Assembly: GCA_963696385.1 (NCBI GenBank)
Contig: CAVOKF010000005.1
Location: 1,248,001 to 1,312,000, forward strand
From: an uncultured delta proteobacterium
Lineage (GTDB): Bacteria; Myxococcota_A; Polyangia; Polyangiales; Polyangiaceae
Reading direction: 5' to 3'
DNA: 64,000 nt
The notes under the pieces are model-generated. The model was not told the DNA's origin, made no database searches, and saw only the letters and a program-made list of their open reading frames with translations. Shown one piece after another: positions 29,364-40,375 of this stretch. How positions within the stretch are numbered: the first letter of the stretch is position 1; the number at the start of each line of letters is the position of its first letter. Made by a program: the position numbers and the translations under genes.

Positions 29364-30488
29364 ATGAGCCAGCCTGCCGAACCAAAAGTCAACCTCCACC
29401 AGCTGCTCCGGACGATGGTGGAGAAGGGCGCGAGCGACATGCACATCACGACTGGCGCGCCGCCCTTGCTGCGCGTGGATGGGAGCATCGTGCCGCTCAA
29501 GCTGCCCCCCCTCGGTCCGGTTGACACGAAGCAGCTGTGCTTCTCGGCGTTGAGTGAGGAGCAGCGAGCTCACTTCGAGAAGCACAACGAGCTCGACCTG
29601 TCGTTCGGTATCAAGTCGCTGTCGCGGTTTCGCGCAAACATCTTCACGCAGCGGGGCGCGGTCGCGGGCGCCTTCCGCACCATTCCCTTCAAAATTTTGA
29701 GTTTCGACGAGCTCGGGCTGCCCCCCGTGGTCGCCGAGTTCGCGAACAAGCCGAACGGCCTCGTGCTGGTGACCGGTCCGACCGGGTCGGGTAAATCGAC
29801 GACCCTCGCGGCGATGATTGACAAAATCAACTGCGAGCAGAGGCTGCACATCATTACCGTCGAAGACCCAATCGAATATCTTCACCCGCACAAGCTTTCG
29901 GTCGTCAACCAGCGCGAAGTCGGCGCCGATACGGAGGGGTTCAAGCAGGCTCTCAAGTACGTTCTGCGGCAGGATCCCGACGTCGTGCTGGTCGGCGAGA
30001 TGCGTGACCTCGAGACGATCGAAGCGGCGCTGGCGATCGCCGAGACCGGTCATCTCGTCTTCGCGACGCTGCATACCAACGGGGCCATTTCCACGATTAA
30101 CCGGATCATCGATGTATTTCCGTCGCATCAGCAGCCTCAGATCCGAGCGAAGCTGTCTTTTGTACTTCAGGGCGTCATATCGCAGCAGCTGTTGCCGCGG
30201 CACAACGCGCCCGGGCGCGTCCTCGCGCTCGAGGTGCTCGTGCCGAACCAGGCGGTGCGCAATTTGATCCGCGACGACAAGGTGCATCAGGTCTATTCGC
30301 AAATGCAGGTCGGCCAGGACAAATACTCGATGCAAACACTGAATCAGAGCCTGTTTTCACTCTTTCAGAGGCGGCTCATCTCGCAGGAAGAAGCGACGTC
30401 ACGCTCGGTCGAGCCCGAGGAGCTCCGCATGATGATGGAGGGACGCACGACGATGCTGAGTTCGGGGGCGCCTCCGGCACGAAGGTAG
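29364..30488 (+). CDS. pilT: Type IV pilus retraction ATPase PilT
   Basis: ASDMHI, GPTGSGKSTT, LRQDPD, AETGHLVFATLHT, AVRNLIRD. Confidence 0.96.
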   Translation: MSQPAEPKVNLHQLLRTMVEKGASDMHITTGAPPLLRVDGSIVPLKLPPLGPVDTKQLCFSALSEEQRAHFEKHNELDLSFGIKSLSRFRANIFTQRGAVAGAFRTIPFKILSFDELGLPPVVAEFANKPNGLVLVTGPTGSGKSTTLAAMIDKINCEQRLHIITVEDPIEYLHPHKLSVVNQREVGADTEGFKQALKYVLRQDPDVVLVGEMRDLETIEAALAIAETGHLVFATLHTNGAISTINRIIDVFPSHQQPQIRAKLSFVLQGVISQQLLPRHNAPGRVLALEVLVPNQAVRNLIRDDKVHQVYSQMQVGQDKYSMQTLNQSLFSLFQRRLISQEEATSRSVEPEELRMMMEGRTTMLSSGAPPARR

Positions 30489-30577
30489 TCCTACGGCCGT
30501 GGTCGCGGACCGCTCGTCGACCGGGGCGAACTGCGCCCATCGCGCCGACGAGGCAGAACCGAGCGGCCGGATTTCTT

Positions 30578-33220
30578 TCACTCGAACGTCGGTCGTCGTC
30601 TGCTGCCGTGATCCACCCGGCGCAGGCCCAGCGACAGGGCGGCGGCCACCAGGTCGGGGTGAAGATTTCCCGTGGCCAGCACTTTCTTGACGTAGTCGAT
30701 GCCGCGCCGCTTGTCCTTCATCGCGCCGAACGCGGCGGCAGCGATGACGCGAGTCTCGAGCGGCGACGATTCGGGCGGCGCGTCGAGCGACGCCGTCTTG
30801 CCCTTGGCAGTTTCGATGGCCCCGCTCGCCGCGCTCGCGTAGGCGCTGAGCCACGTCGCGAGCGGGCCGAGCGCCAGGGGATATCGTGCGAGCAACGCGG
30901 TGACCTCGACCGCGCGCCCGCGAGCGACCAGAACGAAGACACGCTCCCAAAGAACTCGGGCCGTCACCGTGCCGTGATCCAGCGCGGTCTGCGAATAGCC
31001 GTCGGCTGCGTCGAGTCGCCCTTCGTAGCGGGCCAACCTCGCGAGGCGCAACGCCCGAACGGGTTTGGATTCGGATTCTTTGCCCCACGTCGCGGAGATC
31101 TTGTTTGCCGAGACCAGGTCGCCGACGTTGAGCGCCGCGTCCATCGCGACGATGTCGCTCCAGGGGGCGCCGTCATCGGCCATGGCCTTCAACTTGGCTG
31201 GCTCGAGCGTCAGTCGACCCGACAACGTTCCGCCGGCCATCGCCAGAGCGGAGAGCGACGGCAGCTTGCGCGCGTCGGCTGGCAGCGAGTCAAGCGCCCG
31301 CGCGACCCCGTCCGGATCGACGCGCTCGTACGCTGCTGCGGCGCGTACGACCGTGACGTCCGGCGAGGGGTCGAGTTCCTCGGTTGCCTTGAGCGCCTCG
31401 TCGAGTCGCCCTGCGTTGAGCGCGACGCGAGCGGCAAGGGCACGTGCAGGCTCGTACACGGCGGAGAACTGAAGGGCAGCAACGGCGGCTTTGCGTGCGA
31501 ACACCTCGTCGCCGAGCGGAAGTGCGATGCTCCCCAGCCAAACGGCGCAACCAGGGGATTCACACGCGGCCAATCCTTTTTGAACGGCCGCTCGCGCCTC
31601 ATCGATCGCACGACGATCGATCGCTCGAATGGCCGTCACGGCGTAGGGCACGAACTTGAGCCCCGAGGGCAGCGCGTCCACGTACGTCGCCACGGTGTCG
31701 ACCTCGGGCGGCACCGGTGACGGTTCCCGCATCGGGTCACGGCCCCACGCGAGCGCAACGAGGGCAACAGGTTCGGCACGGTCGGGCACCCGGGCTCGAA
31801 GCGCTTTGGCCAGTCGCATCGCCTCATCGGCGTCGCCGTCGAAGGCCGTAGCGCGCGCGAGGCCTACGCGTGCGACGAGCAGGTCGGCGTCGAGCTGCGA
31901 AGCCGTGAGGTAGCGTCCCCGCGCGCGCCCGTCCCCAGCGCGCTCGAGTGTGGCGCCTGCCACCAACTGGTACCAAGCGTCGCCGCTTGCTGGGCCGTCC
32001 CATCGTGGCAGAACGGCCGCCGCGCCGGCCGTGTCTCCCTGCAGCAAGAACGACGCAACCTGGGCGAAGGCGTATCTTTCCTCTGGGACCCCGACATCCT
32101 TCGCTCGAGCCATCGCGTCCTCGAACGCGACGTCGGCACCGCCCTTTACCAGTCCAACCAGGGCGCGCTCTCGCGTCCAGTCGAGAGCGGCTCGCGGACT
32201 GCGCGATTCGAGCTGGAACGCTCGAGCGAGATCCTTCTCGATCGAGGGCAGAGTGTCGGGTCGTCCGCCGTGCAGCTGCGCTTCGATCTTCGTCAGAAGG
32301 GCCTCGGCAAGCACGTGCTCTTCGGCCCGCTTGTGTTTGTAAAATTGGTAGACACCCACCCCGGCCACCAAGAACAAGGCCAAGCTTGCCAGGATCGCCT
32401 GGGGGCCCCTGCCCTTCGGTTTGGGCTGCGCACGGTCCCAGACCGGGGACGGCGCGGGGGCGGCGTGGCTCTCGAAGACGCCGGCGAGCGCGAGCGCGTC
32501 CAGCACGTCACGTGGGTGCGGAACCCAAGGTTCCCTGCGCGCCGCCTCCGGTGTCGCCGCGGGTTCGGGGGCCGCCCGGCCATGCGACGGACGAATGTGA
32601 ACGGCGCCGTTGGAGGCGGGCATCGCCTGGTTCATCGCGTGGGTCCGCGCCGCGGGCGGGGGTGGAGGATTCCGACGCTTCGGCTCGGGCAGCGATGCGT
32701 GATCCGGCGTGAGGAACACGCGGGTGTCGACGTCGGAGAGGCTCGGCGGCCGTCCGTTTTCGAAGGAGATGTGCGCCACCTCGGTGGCAACGGCGGTCTC
32801 GCCTTCCGTCGACTGAAGCGGCCGTAAGCCGCGGGCTCTCTCGAGCCAAAGGCGAGTCGCCGCGTCGGGCGGTCCGAGCAGGACTGCGCGATCAAGGACT
32901 TTCTCGGCGCGTGTCGCGTCGCCGCGCCGAAGCAATACTTCCCCGAGCCACCGGTAAACCCGCGGGTCGGTCGTCGCCTGCTTGCCCGCTGCGACGAGTA
33001 CCGCCTGTGCTTCCGCGAGTCGGTTGGCCTCGATGTACATGCGTGCGACCGACACGAGCACCGTGACGTCTCCGGCGTGGCGTCGCGCAGCAACGGCACC
33101 GACTTGGGCGACCAGCGAGACCCGCGGACTATCGCAGAGCGCATCGCATAGAGCGACCGTGGTCGATGCGCTTGGATTCTGCTTCCAGCGCTGAACGAGG
33201 TCGTCGATCGGGTCGTTCAT
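30578..33220 (-). CDS. Large TPR protein with a central transmembrane helix
   Basis: N-terminal TPRs, Pro-rich linker, TM ILASLALFLVAGVGVY, long Ala-rich helical repeat region. Confidence 0.7.
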   Translation of the reverse strand: MNDPIDDLVQRWKQNPSASTTVALCDALCDSPRVSLVAQVGAVAARRHAGDVTVLVSVARMYIEANRLAEAQAVLVAAGKQATTDPRVYRWLGEVLLRRGDATRAEKVLDRAVLLGPPDAATRLWLERARGLRPLQSTEGETAVATEVAHISFENGRPPSLSDVDTRVFLTPDHASLPEPKRRNPPPPPAARTHAMNQAMPASNGAVHIRPSHGRAAPEPAATPEAARREPWVPHPRDVLDALALAGVFESHAAPAPSPVWDRAQPKPKGRGPQAILASLALFLVAGVGVYQFYKHKRAEEHVLAEALLTKIEAQLHGGRPDTLPSIEKDLARAFQLESRSPRAALDWTRERALVGLVKGGADVAFEDAMARAKDVGVPEERYAFAQVASFLLQGDTAGAAAVLPRWDGPASGDAWYQLVAGATLERAGDGRARGRYLTASQLDADLLVARVGLARATAFDGDADEAMRLAKALRARVPDRAEPVALVALAWGRDPMREPSPVPPEVDTVATYVDALPSGLKFVPYAVTAIRAIDRRAIDEARAAVQKGLAACESPGCAVWLGSIALPLGDEVFARKAAVAALQFSAVYEPARALAARVALNAGRLDEALKATEELDPSPDVTVVRAAAAYERVDPDGVARALDSLPADARKLPSLSALAMAGGTLSGRLTLEPAKLKAMADDGAPWSDIVAMDAALNVGDLVSANKISATWGKESESKPVRALRLARLARYEGRLDAADGYSQTALDHGTVTARVLWERVFVLVARGRAVEVTALLARYPLALGPLATWLSAYASAASGAIETAKGKTASLDAPPESSPLETRVIAAAAFGAMKDKRRGIDYVKKVLATGNLHPDLVAAALSLGLRRVDHGSRRRPTFE

Positions 33221-33516
33221 GAGATGATTGATGACTCCCCATTGTGCCGCCGAACCGGTCTGCGGCGCGAGCGAAACTCACCCTGACACCGGCCGACGAA
33301 TGCGGCCGATGTAGTCGGATGCGTGTGAACGCAGAAGGAAGGGCCCCGAACGCGCACCGCCGTCTTCGGCCGAACGTATAGGCCCCGGGGGGAGCTACGG
33401 CTCAGGATCCGATCTTGTTAGTCCCCGACCATGCATGGCCAGATGCAACGGGCGGAAACGACTCGCTCGCGGGTGCCGATCGCGATCGCCGGGCGCGAGA
33501 GCCCGAGCCTCGAGGG

Positions 33517-34437
33517 TCACCGTCGTCCCGGTGGCGTAGCCTCGGATCGCGTTCCGGCTGGGGGTAGCTTGAGCTCCTTCATGACGAGCTGAAGATCTTG
33601 CCACGCTTGTCGTTTGGCCTCGATTTGTTGCGGGCTCGGCCGAAGCAAATAGGACGGGTGGTACGTGGGCAAAACGAGGGTGTGCCCGCGATACAGTTTC
33701 CACTCGCCGCGTATCTTGCTGATGCCGACCTTCGTGTCCAGCAGGGTCGCGGCCGCCGTGTTTCCGAGAGCGACGATGACGTGCGGCCGCACCAAAGCGA
33801 GCTGCTCGTGCAGGTACGGAATGCACGTCGCGATCTCTTCGGGCTCGGGTCGCCGATTGCCCGGAGGGCGACACTTGAGAATGTTGCATATGTACGCGTC
33901 ACGGGCCGGCGTAAGCCCCATTGCGCCGATCATCTGATCGAGCAACTGCCCGGCGCGCCCGACGAAGGGCAGCCCTTGCGCGTCCTCTTCGGCGCCGGGG
34001 GCTTCGCCCACGAAGCAGAGAGCAGCTTCAGGGTTGCCACGAGCAAACACGGTTTGGGTGCGTGAGGCGCCCAGGCTGCAACGCGTGCACGATGCGACTT
34101 CGGACGCCAGGCGAGGGAGCCGGACGTGTCGATCGACGCGCTCATCCGCCGAGGACGTTGTGGTCGCGCCAGCGCTGGCGGTCGTCTTCGCCGTGGCGCT
34201 CGCCGTTGTCGCCAGGGTGGCGGCTGTCGCCGTGGAGGCAGTTGTCGTCGTGATGGCGGTCGGCCGCACCGCGTCCGTCTCCTCGCCTCGATGCGCGCCG
34301 GCCGTGGCGCGTCCCCCTCTCGGAAAGCCTTCCGTTCCGGCGTCCTGGTGCCACTCGAGATACGCGCGCAGCGACGCGGCAATCGCTCCCAGATCGGATC
34401 GAGCGTCGCCCCGCTTCATGTCCGTCCCTAGCCTCAC
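33517..34437 (-). CDS. Family 4 (Fe-S) uracil-DNA glycosylase
   Basis: [38 protein letters not shown], Thr/Ala-rich linker. Confidence 0.93.
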   Translation of the reverse strand: MRLGTDMKRGDARSDLGAIAASLRAYLEWHQDAGTEGFPRGGRATAGAHRGEETDAVRPTAITTTTASTATAATLATTASATAKTTASAGATTTSSADERVDRHVRLPRLASEVASCTRCSLGASRTQTVFARGNPEAALCFVGEAPGAEEDAQGLPFVGRAGQLLDQMIGAMGLTPARDAYICNILKCRPPGNRRPEPEEIATCIPYLHEQLALVRPHVIVALGNTAAATLLDTKVGISKIRGEWKLYRGHTLVLPTYHPSYLLRPSPQQIEAKRQAWQDLQLVMKELKLPPAGTRSEATPPGRR

Positions 34438-35315
34438 CGGGTAAAATGAACCGTCACGGCGAACACCGACGCGACGGGGTTTCCGTCATGGTCAAGGGCG
34501 ACACGATAACGCTGGGTCAGCGCGTACCTTCGTGCTTCTCGCCCGAACCCGCTGCCGGGATCTTTCAGGACGCGTACGGCCGACGCCGTGCCGTCGGAAC
34601 GGACGTCCACCTGAATCGTAACGTCCGCCACGTTGATTTGTGCTTGATCGGCCTCGGCCGGAAATGGCACGTCCCAGTCATTGCTTTCGACCGACGCCCG
34701 GCGCGATCGATCCGGTCCGGGAGGCGTTCGCGCGATCGGCTGCGATCCAGCTGTCCCGTTCGGATTCGCGAGTCCCCGTACCGCCGTCGGGCTCGTGCCG
34801 TTGGCGGCCGTGATGCCGCCGGCGTAGGAGTCGGCGTTGCCGGAAATGATTGTGTTCCCGGTCAGGTCGACTGGTTCGTTCGGATTGGGCTCCTGGGTGA
34901 GCACCTTGCCCGCCTGAGCGGGCGCGGGTGCGGGCGGCGGCGCTTCGCGAGGTGTCGGCCGTGGCGGCGGAGGTGGCTCGGGCTTGGCCTCCGGCTCGGC
35001 CGTGGGGGGTGGGGCAGGGGGCGGCTCGTCTCGGACGACGTCGATCTCCTGGGCGGCCGGCGCAGCGCGTACCGGGCGTTCGGTCATCGTTACGAGAAGC
35101 GACAGGACGCGTGCGCTCACCATGAGTCCGAGCAACAGCGCAACGGCGGCGAGAAAGTAGGCCAACCACCGGGCCGTGCTCGACGACGAGGCGTCGAGCG
35201 CGAGGACTCTGGTCATCGGATCGTCGGACGGCAACGTCATGCCCCCCGCGGCGACCAGCACGCGGACGTCGAGAGGCCCGGAGCCGTTCGCCGCTCGCCG
35301 AGTTCCGCCGGACAT
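34434..35315 (-). CDS. TonB-family energy transducer
   Basis: N-terminal TM, Pro-rich spacer, C-terminal FPAEA...[17 protein letters not shown] TonB_C domain. Confidence 0.8.
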   Translation of the reverse strand: MSGGTRRAANGSGPLDVRVLVAAGGMTLPSDDPMTRVLALDASSSSTARWLAYFLAAVALLLGLMVSARVLSLLVTMTERPVRAAPAAQEIDVVRDEPPPAPPPTAEPEAKPEPPPPPRPTPREAPPPAPAPAQAGKVLTQEPNPNEPVDLTGNTIISGNADSYAGGITAANGTSPTAVRGLANPNGTAGSQPIARTPPGPDRSRRASVESNDWDVPFPAEADQAQINVADVTIQVDVRSDGTASAVRVLKDPGSGFGREARRYALTQRYRVALDHDGNPVASVFAVTVHFTR

Positions 35316-35340
35316 GGCTCGAGACTCTCGCGAGTCGCTC

Positions 35341-35766
35341 TCAACGCGGTGCCGGCGCGATGGGCGTCACGCCAAACGCGATTTTGGACACGTGCGCCTG
35401 CTTGAGTAGATCCAGCACGTGAATCACACGACCGTGCGTGACGGCGGCGTCGGCTTTGATCACGGCACGCAGCTCCGGATGCAGATCCTGGGCCTCGCGG
35501 GCAAGCCCGAGGATAGCGTCGTCGCTGGCGATCGGCTTCGTGTCGACCATCGCCCGACCATCGGCGGCGAGGATGATGCTGAAGACCACCTGGACGTCGT
35601 TGGTGCCCGTCGCGGCCTTCGGCAGGTCGAGCGGCACGGTCTGGTTCATGACGATTTTGGTCGTGACCATGAAGATGATGAGAAGGACGAGGGTGATATC
35701 GACCAGGGGCGTGACGTTGATCCCGGTGATCGAGTCGTCCGGGCTTTGCGAAGCGCCTCCCGCCAT
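35341..35766 (-). CDS. ExbD/TolR-family protein
   Basis: INVTPLVDITLVLLIIFMV with the conserved Asp, IKAD...HGRV..VLD. Confidence 0.92.
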   Translation of the reverse strand: MAGGASQSPDDSITGINVTPLVDITLVLLIIFMVTTKIVMNQTVPLDLPKAATGTNDVQVVFSIILAADGRAMVDTKPIASDDAILGLAREAQDLHPELRAVIKADAAVTHGRVIHVLDLLKQAHVSKIAFGVTPIAPAPR

Positions 35767-35776
35767 TGAGTTCCTC

Positions 35777-36523
35777 CTAGTTCCTTTCGGAGCCTTCCGC
35801 CGTGTCGCCCCTCGAACGCGAGGCCGCCCCGGCGCGCTCCACCGTCTTGCTCTCGTCTCCTGCGGCAATCGGGATCGCCTTCAGATGCGCGAGCAGCACG
35901 TGCCCGAGCGCCTCTGTGTTCGCGACCGTTCCGCGGACGACCCGCTGAAATGCGTTGAACGCCATGACAGCGGGCAGCGCAATGAGGATACCGATCGCGG
36001 TCGCGACGAGTGCCTCGGAAATGCGAGCCATGACCGCTTCCGGCGCAAGTTGCGTGGATTGTCCGGCCGCAGCCATCTTCACTTTGCTCAACTCGTCGAA
36101 CGCGGCGACGATGCCGATGACCGTCCCGAGCAGTCCAATGAATGGGGCGTTATTCCCGAGCGTTCCTAGGAACGCGAGGCGCTTCTCGAGCTTGAGGCGT
36201 TGAAGCGCGCTTGCCCCCTCCATGGCCTCTTCCGCCGCGTCGACGCCGTGGGCGGCTTCCACCACGCCAGCGATGACGACGGCTGCCTCGGCGCTGCGGG
36301 AGGCCTCGAGGCGCTGCCGGGCGCCCTCCAAGTCTCCGCCGCGGAGCAGCCGTCCGAAATCGCGCATCAACCCTTCGATATCGTCGCGCAGCGACCAGTA
36401 GAGCCATGCACGCTCGAGCATGATGGCAAGGGAAATGATGCTGAGGACCAGCATGAGCACGAGGATCCACCCCGTGCCGAGGCCGACCATCGCGCTTTTG
36501 ACTCGCTCAATCAGTGAGTTCAC
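35777..36523 (-). CDS. MotA/TolQ/ExbB proton channel protein
   Basis: LGTLGNNAPFIGLLGTVIGI, ISEALVATAIG. Confidence 0.93.
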   Translation of the reverse strand: MNSLIERVKSAMVGLGTGWILVLMLVLSIISLAIMLERAWLYWSLRDDIEGLMRDFGRLLRGGDLEGARQRLEASRSAEAAVVIAGVVEAAHGVDAAEEAMEGASALQRLKLEKRLAFLGTLGNNAPFIGLLGTVIGIVAAFDELSKVKMAAAGQSTQLAPEAVMARISEALVATAIGILIALPAVMAFNAFQRVVRGTVANTEALGHVLLAHLKAIPIAAGDESKTVERAGAASRSRGDTAEGSERN

Positions 36524-37613
36524 TCGGCATTTCCTCGTCGTCTCGTGCGCCGCCGTCCTCGCGCGCTTCGTCGATGGCCAGGGCGGTCGCAAGAACGGTC
36601 GTGGCGTAGGCACCCTTCGGTAGCACGAAGTGGACGCGTACGCTGGCCGCGCCGTGACCGGAAATATCGTCGGGAGACTCCGAGATTTCCCAGCGCAGGT
36701 CTTGTACCCAGACGCGCAACGCGCGGCGAGTTCCTTCGCCCAAGGCCCGAGTGCGAGAAATGTCGGTGCCGACCCCGAGGATTTCCGAGGTCAGGCGGTG
36801 CTCCAGTTCCCCCGGCCTACCCTCGGCGGCGCGCATCCGAACACCGACCATGGGTCCTGTCGGTGACACCTCGCCGGTAACCGCCCGTTCGCGATCCGTC
36901 TGAACGTCCGAACAGACGAAGAGCCCGCCGGATGCGCGACGCTTCAGCACGTCGCCTTCGAGCGGCGTCGCCCACGTGTCGTCGCGTACCCGGGCTTCGA
37001 GCACCGCGTTGAAGATCGTGGCTTGAAGCGATGACCACAGCAGACGCAGCATCCGCGGGTCGCGCGGACCGTGCTCTTCGCCCCGGAGCCACGCCAGCGC
37101 ACGGGCGGCGTTGTCGCCGGCGCTGCCGAAACGTTGCGCGCCGAACGCGTTCGGCACGCCGCTTTTGGCGATTTGATCGAGCGCAGCCGACACCTGCTCG
37201 AGACCTTGGCGTGGGACGTCGCGCACGAGGATGTCGAACCGATTGCCGGCCAGGTGACCGGGCTTGAGCTTGTGGCCGTGGGGCGTCGCGTCGTGCACGC
37301 GGATGCCGGCTAGCGACAGGTCGCGTGCTCGCTGCGCCAGCTCGAACGCCGAAGATGCGCCTCGAGCGTGAAGCGAGACGGTCTGCGTCGTTACGGCGCG
37401 TCGGTCCTTCATGCCTGCGAAGCCCGCTTGGCGCGAGTCGCAAGCGAGTGCTCGCGCGATCGCCCGTACGGCGTCCGGGGTCGTCCAGTCGGTCTTCGTG
37501 AACCGGATGAAGACGTGCTCCCCCGCGCCGCTCGGCGCGTACGAGGGGATCTCTTCGACGACGAAGTCCTCCGGCCGCTCTTTGATTCGGCCGCGTGCCA
37601 GGGCGATGGCCAT
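36507..37613 (-). CDS. truD: tRNA pseudouridine(13) synthase
   Basis: PEDFVVEE, AGMKDRRAVTTQ, GNRF, PNAFGAQRFG, LPKGAYAT. Confidence 0.95.
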   Translation of the reverse strand: MAIALARGRIKERPEDFVVEEIPSYAPSGAGEHVFIRFTKTDWTTPDAVRAIARALACDSRQAGFAGMKDRRAVTTQTVSLHARGASSAFELAQRARDLSLAGIRVHDATPHGHKLKPGHLAGNRFDILVRDVPRQGLEQVSAALDQIAKSGVPNAFGAQRFGSAGDNAARALAWLRGEEHGPRDPRMLRLLWSSLQATIFNAVLEARVRDDTWATPLEGDVLKRRASGGLFVCSDVQTDRERAVTGEVSPTGPMVGVRMRAAEGRPGELEHRLTSEILGVGTDISRTRALGEGTRRALRVWVQDLRWEISESPDDISGHGAASVRVHFVLPKGAYATTVLATALAIDEAREDGGARDDEEMPSELTD

Positions 37614-37693
37614 GCCGCCGGCGAGCGTACCGCGCTCGCAGCCGGGGTTCGAGCCGTGTCGACACGGGCCGGGCGATCGATGCCGAGAGGCCG

Positions 37694-39181
37694 CTAACCG
37701 AGTTCGTGCGCCATTTCGTCGCGAGGGCTTCGAAAGTACTGCTGCGGCGAATAGAAGAGAAAGTTGCTCACCCGCGACGTGTACAGGCAAGCGTATTCCT
37801 CGACCTGGGCTCCGAAGCTCGACTCCTCGTTCTCTTCTTTCAGCAGCGATCCCCAGAAAGGATGAAACCTCTGATCGACTCGCCGCTCGATGGCGTGGAC
37901 CTCCGCATCGACCCAACGCAGCCGCGCTCGAACCCGATCGATGGAGCGCTTGACGCGACCGCGTTCGGCTTCGGTTCCGCCGGCGCCGTTGGCGTTCGCG
38001 TGCCCGTGCTCGAGACGACGCGTCAACTCCTTGAACCGGTTTTGGTAAAAGCGCAGCTCGTCTTCGAGCCGATCGCGCCCAGTCTCGAGCAGTTCGGCAC
38101 GGGCGAAATCGTCGCGACACGAGTCGTGCGCGAGGACCTCTCCTTCGAGCTCCTGGATGATCATCGCCGTCCGCCAAGCGCTCTCCTTTTTGCTGCGCAA
38201 GATGTCGCCGTAGATGTGGTCGCCGACGTACAAGATGTCGTCGCCTGCGGCGCCCAGGGCGCGCTCGAGATCATGGAGGTTTCCGCCCTCGTAGATGTGG
38301 CCGCGCTCGAGCGGGAAGCCGGCCGGCTCGAGCCGGTCGCCGTGATGCATGAAGAGCGGGCGCTTCTCTTGAAAAAAAGCGGGCTTCGTCGCAGCGACGA
38401 CCACGACGTCGAAGTAGTTGCGCCAGTGGGGATATTCGCTCATCCCGCCGTCGAGCAAGTAGGCCATCATGCGATCCGTGTAGGACCAGCGCGAATTGGT
38501 GAGCAGAAACAATTTTTTCCCGGCACTTCGCAACTTATGCAGAGTCGGCGCGAGGTTCGGATCCTTGGCCACGAAACGTCCGAAGTCACCGGTGACGGTC
38601 TCGAGAATGGTGCCGTCGCGGTGCGCCTCGTCGATGCTCTCGCGAATATCCGTAAACGCACGCGCATAGTCGATGGGTTGGCCACGTTCTTCCATGGCGG
38701 CGACCAGCGCCGCGTAGAGCGCGGCCTCGCTCAAGGCGTACAGGGTGTCGATCCAGTGGTAGCGCGGCGTCGCCGGGCGGATTTTCTTCGAGTGGTAAAG
38801 CTCTCGGAGCTCGTCCGCGCCGAGTTCGCGAAAGCCGTGGTATCCCTTGGTCACGAACTTGTAGCGGTTCATCTTCAGGATGTGACCGAACCGCTTGTCG
38901 ATGAGCAATCCACGGACCGGAAAAAGGGTCGAATAGTGGATGTCGCGGATGAACTCGGGATAACCCCGCGCGACGAGCTTCTCGATGGTCGCCCTGATGG
39001 ACAGCTCGTCCATTTCTCGCTGGTCGTAAATCGCCAGCGTGTAGTCCATATCGAAGCCGACCCACGCGATGTTGGCCAGACGCAGATTGCGGTTGCAAAA
39101 GATGCGGCGGTGACGGGCAATGCCGGAGGCCTGGCGCGCCAGGAACTCCTCGATCGGGAGCGACAGCTGGGGAGAGTCCAC
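37694..39181 (-). CDS. HAD-IG family (cN-II-like) 5'-nucleotidase
   Basis: IFCNR, GFDMDYTLAIY, LLTNS, YVGDHIYGDIL, LYTSRVSN. Confidence 0.9.
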   Translation of the reverse strand: MDSPQLSLPIEEFLARQASGIARHRRIFCNRNLRLANIAWVGFDMDYTLAIYDQREMDELSIRATIEKLVARGYPEFIRDIHYSTLFPVRGLLIDKRFGHILKMNRYKFVTKGYHGFRELGADELRELYHSKKIRPATPRYHWIDTLYALSEAALYAALVAAMEERGQPIDYARAFTDIRESIDEAHRDGTILETVTGDFGRFVAKDPNLAPTLHKLRSAGKKLFLLTNSRWSYTDRMMAYLLDGGMSEYPHWRNYFDVVVVAATKPAFFQEKRPLFMHHGDRLEPAGFPLERGHIYEGGNLHDLERALGAAGDDILYVGDHIYGDILRSKKESAWRTAMIIQELEGEVLAHDSCRDDFARAELLETGRDRLEDELRFYQNRFKELTRRLEHGHANANGAGGTEAERGRVKRSIDRVRARLRWVDAEVHAIERRVDQRFHPFWGSLLKEENEESSFGAQVEEYACLYTSRVSNFLFYSPQQYFRSPRDEMAHELG

Positions 39182-39272
39182 GGGATCTTGGCGGGAGCGA
39201 GGCCGGCTCGCGCACCCCTTTTCAATCTTCCACGCGCCGTTCGGCGTTGCAAACGACTGAGCCGCTCGAGTG

Positions 39273-40316
39273 TTACTCGACCCGCCCGCTGCGCGAGAAT
39301 TTGGTTCGCGAAGGCCCCGGCGCGTCGTTCGCTTCGATCGCCTCTGTGGCGAAGTCGTGCGGCTCCACCGCAGGCGCTCGGGCCGCGTCGGGGGAGGGCA
39401 ACCACTTCGGCGCGCCGGGAACGTCGCTGCAGCAGCGAAAGCCAACGAAATAATACTCGAAGCCGGGCTCGTGGCTAAACGTCATCGGGCGGCACTGGCT
39501 CCGGACGTGCCCCCAGGCCCCCCCCTTCAGCCCGGCCCAATGCGAGGCCTCCCGCGGCGCGACGTCGCTCGTGACCCACTCGTCGAAATTGCCCGTCATG
39601 TCGTACACACCGAACCCGCTCTTGCACGACTCCATCGAGCCGCTCGGAACGCTCTGGTCGAGCCGAGCGAGTTCGCGAGCCCGAATCCCATGGTTTTTGG
39701 ATTCAAAGTAAAATCCGCCGTGGGGTCCGAATTTCTTCGGCTCGACATAAAAATTATCCATGTTGCACTCGTTATGATTGCGCGCCCACCCATACGGAAA
39801 CGGGGTGTGCTCGGGGCCTTCGCAGGCGGCTGTCCATTCGCTCGCCCAGCAGAGGCGTTTGCCGAGCGATCCGCAGGTGGCCTGCGCTTGGTACCAGTCG
39901 AGCATCCAGACGGGGTGAGCGCCCCGGCGATTCGGGTACTCGTAGCGATCGATGCAGAACGCGATGCGACGCTCCGGAAGGCGGCACTTTTGCTCATGGG
40001 CGAACGCGTGACAAATGGGCAAGTGATTCGTTTTCTCTTGCTCCATGTCGATGCAGCGACGCTCGACGTCAGGGCAGAACATCGTATCGACGTAGGCCAT
40101 GCCATCGGGGCATGGCGACCCGTTTGGGGGCGTTTCGCCGCCGGCGGCCGTATGAGTCGGCGTGCGCGGCAAGGCTGTCGCGGACACGGCGGGCGGCGCC
40201 CCGTCTCGGTCGGTTTCGGCCTCGGGGCCCGGCTGCGACGGCAGTGGAGAAGTTCCGCAGACCACGACGACAAGGGAGATCGCGAAGGCGAACGCCGCAA
40301 TCGAAGACGATCGCAT
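39273..40316 (-). CDS. Secreted FGE-sulfatase (SUMF1-like) domain protein
   Basis: Signal peptide, CPDGM, IDRYEYPN, GKRLC..EW, GVYDMTGNFDEW, GFRCC. Confidence 0.8.
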   Translation of the reverse strand: MRSSSIAAFAFAISLVVVVCGTSPLPSQPGPEAETDRDGAPPAVSATALPRTPTHTAAGGETPPNGSPCPDGMAYVDTMFCPDVERRCIDMEQEKTNHLPICHAFAHEQKCRLPERRIAFCIDRYEYPNRRGAHPVWMLDWYQAQATCGSLGKRLCWASEWTAACEGPEHTPFPYGWARNHNECNMDNFYVEPKKFGPHGGFYFESKNHGIRARELARLDQSVPSGSMESCKSGFGVYDMTGNFDEWVTSDVAPREASHWAGLKGGAWGHVRSQCRPMTFSHEPGFEYYFVGFRCCSDVPGAPKWLPSPDAARAPAVEPHDFATEAIEANDAPGPSRTKFSRSGRVE

Positions 40317-40375
40317 CGACGGTGCGCAACCTCTCACGCAGCTGCCGCGTGGGGCAAGTCGGCCCTTGGGGGTAG

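Noticed and set aside
27650..30488. pilB-pilT without pilC as a novel system
   Set aside because: Split pil clusters are common and both proteins are canonical.
33221..33516. Possible ncRNA or tRNA in the larger intergenic gaps (also 41532-41719, 50099-50427, 60931-61256)
   Set aside because: I could not recognise a cloverleaf, riboswitch consensus or other supportable structure.
34150..34265. Thr/Ala-rich quasi-repeat in the UDG gene as a CRISPR or tandem array
   Set aside because: It is an imperfect low-complexity coding linker with no repeat-spacer structure.
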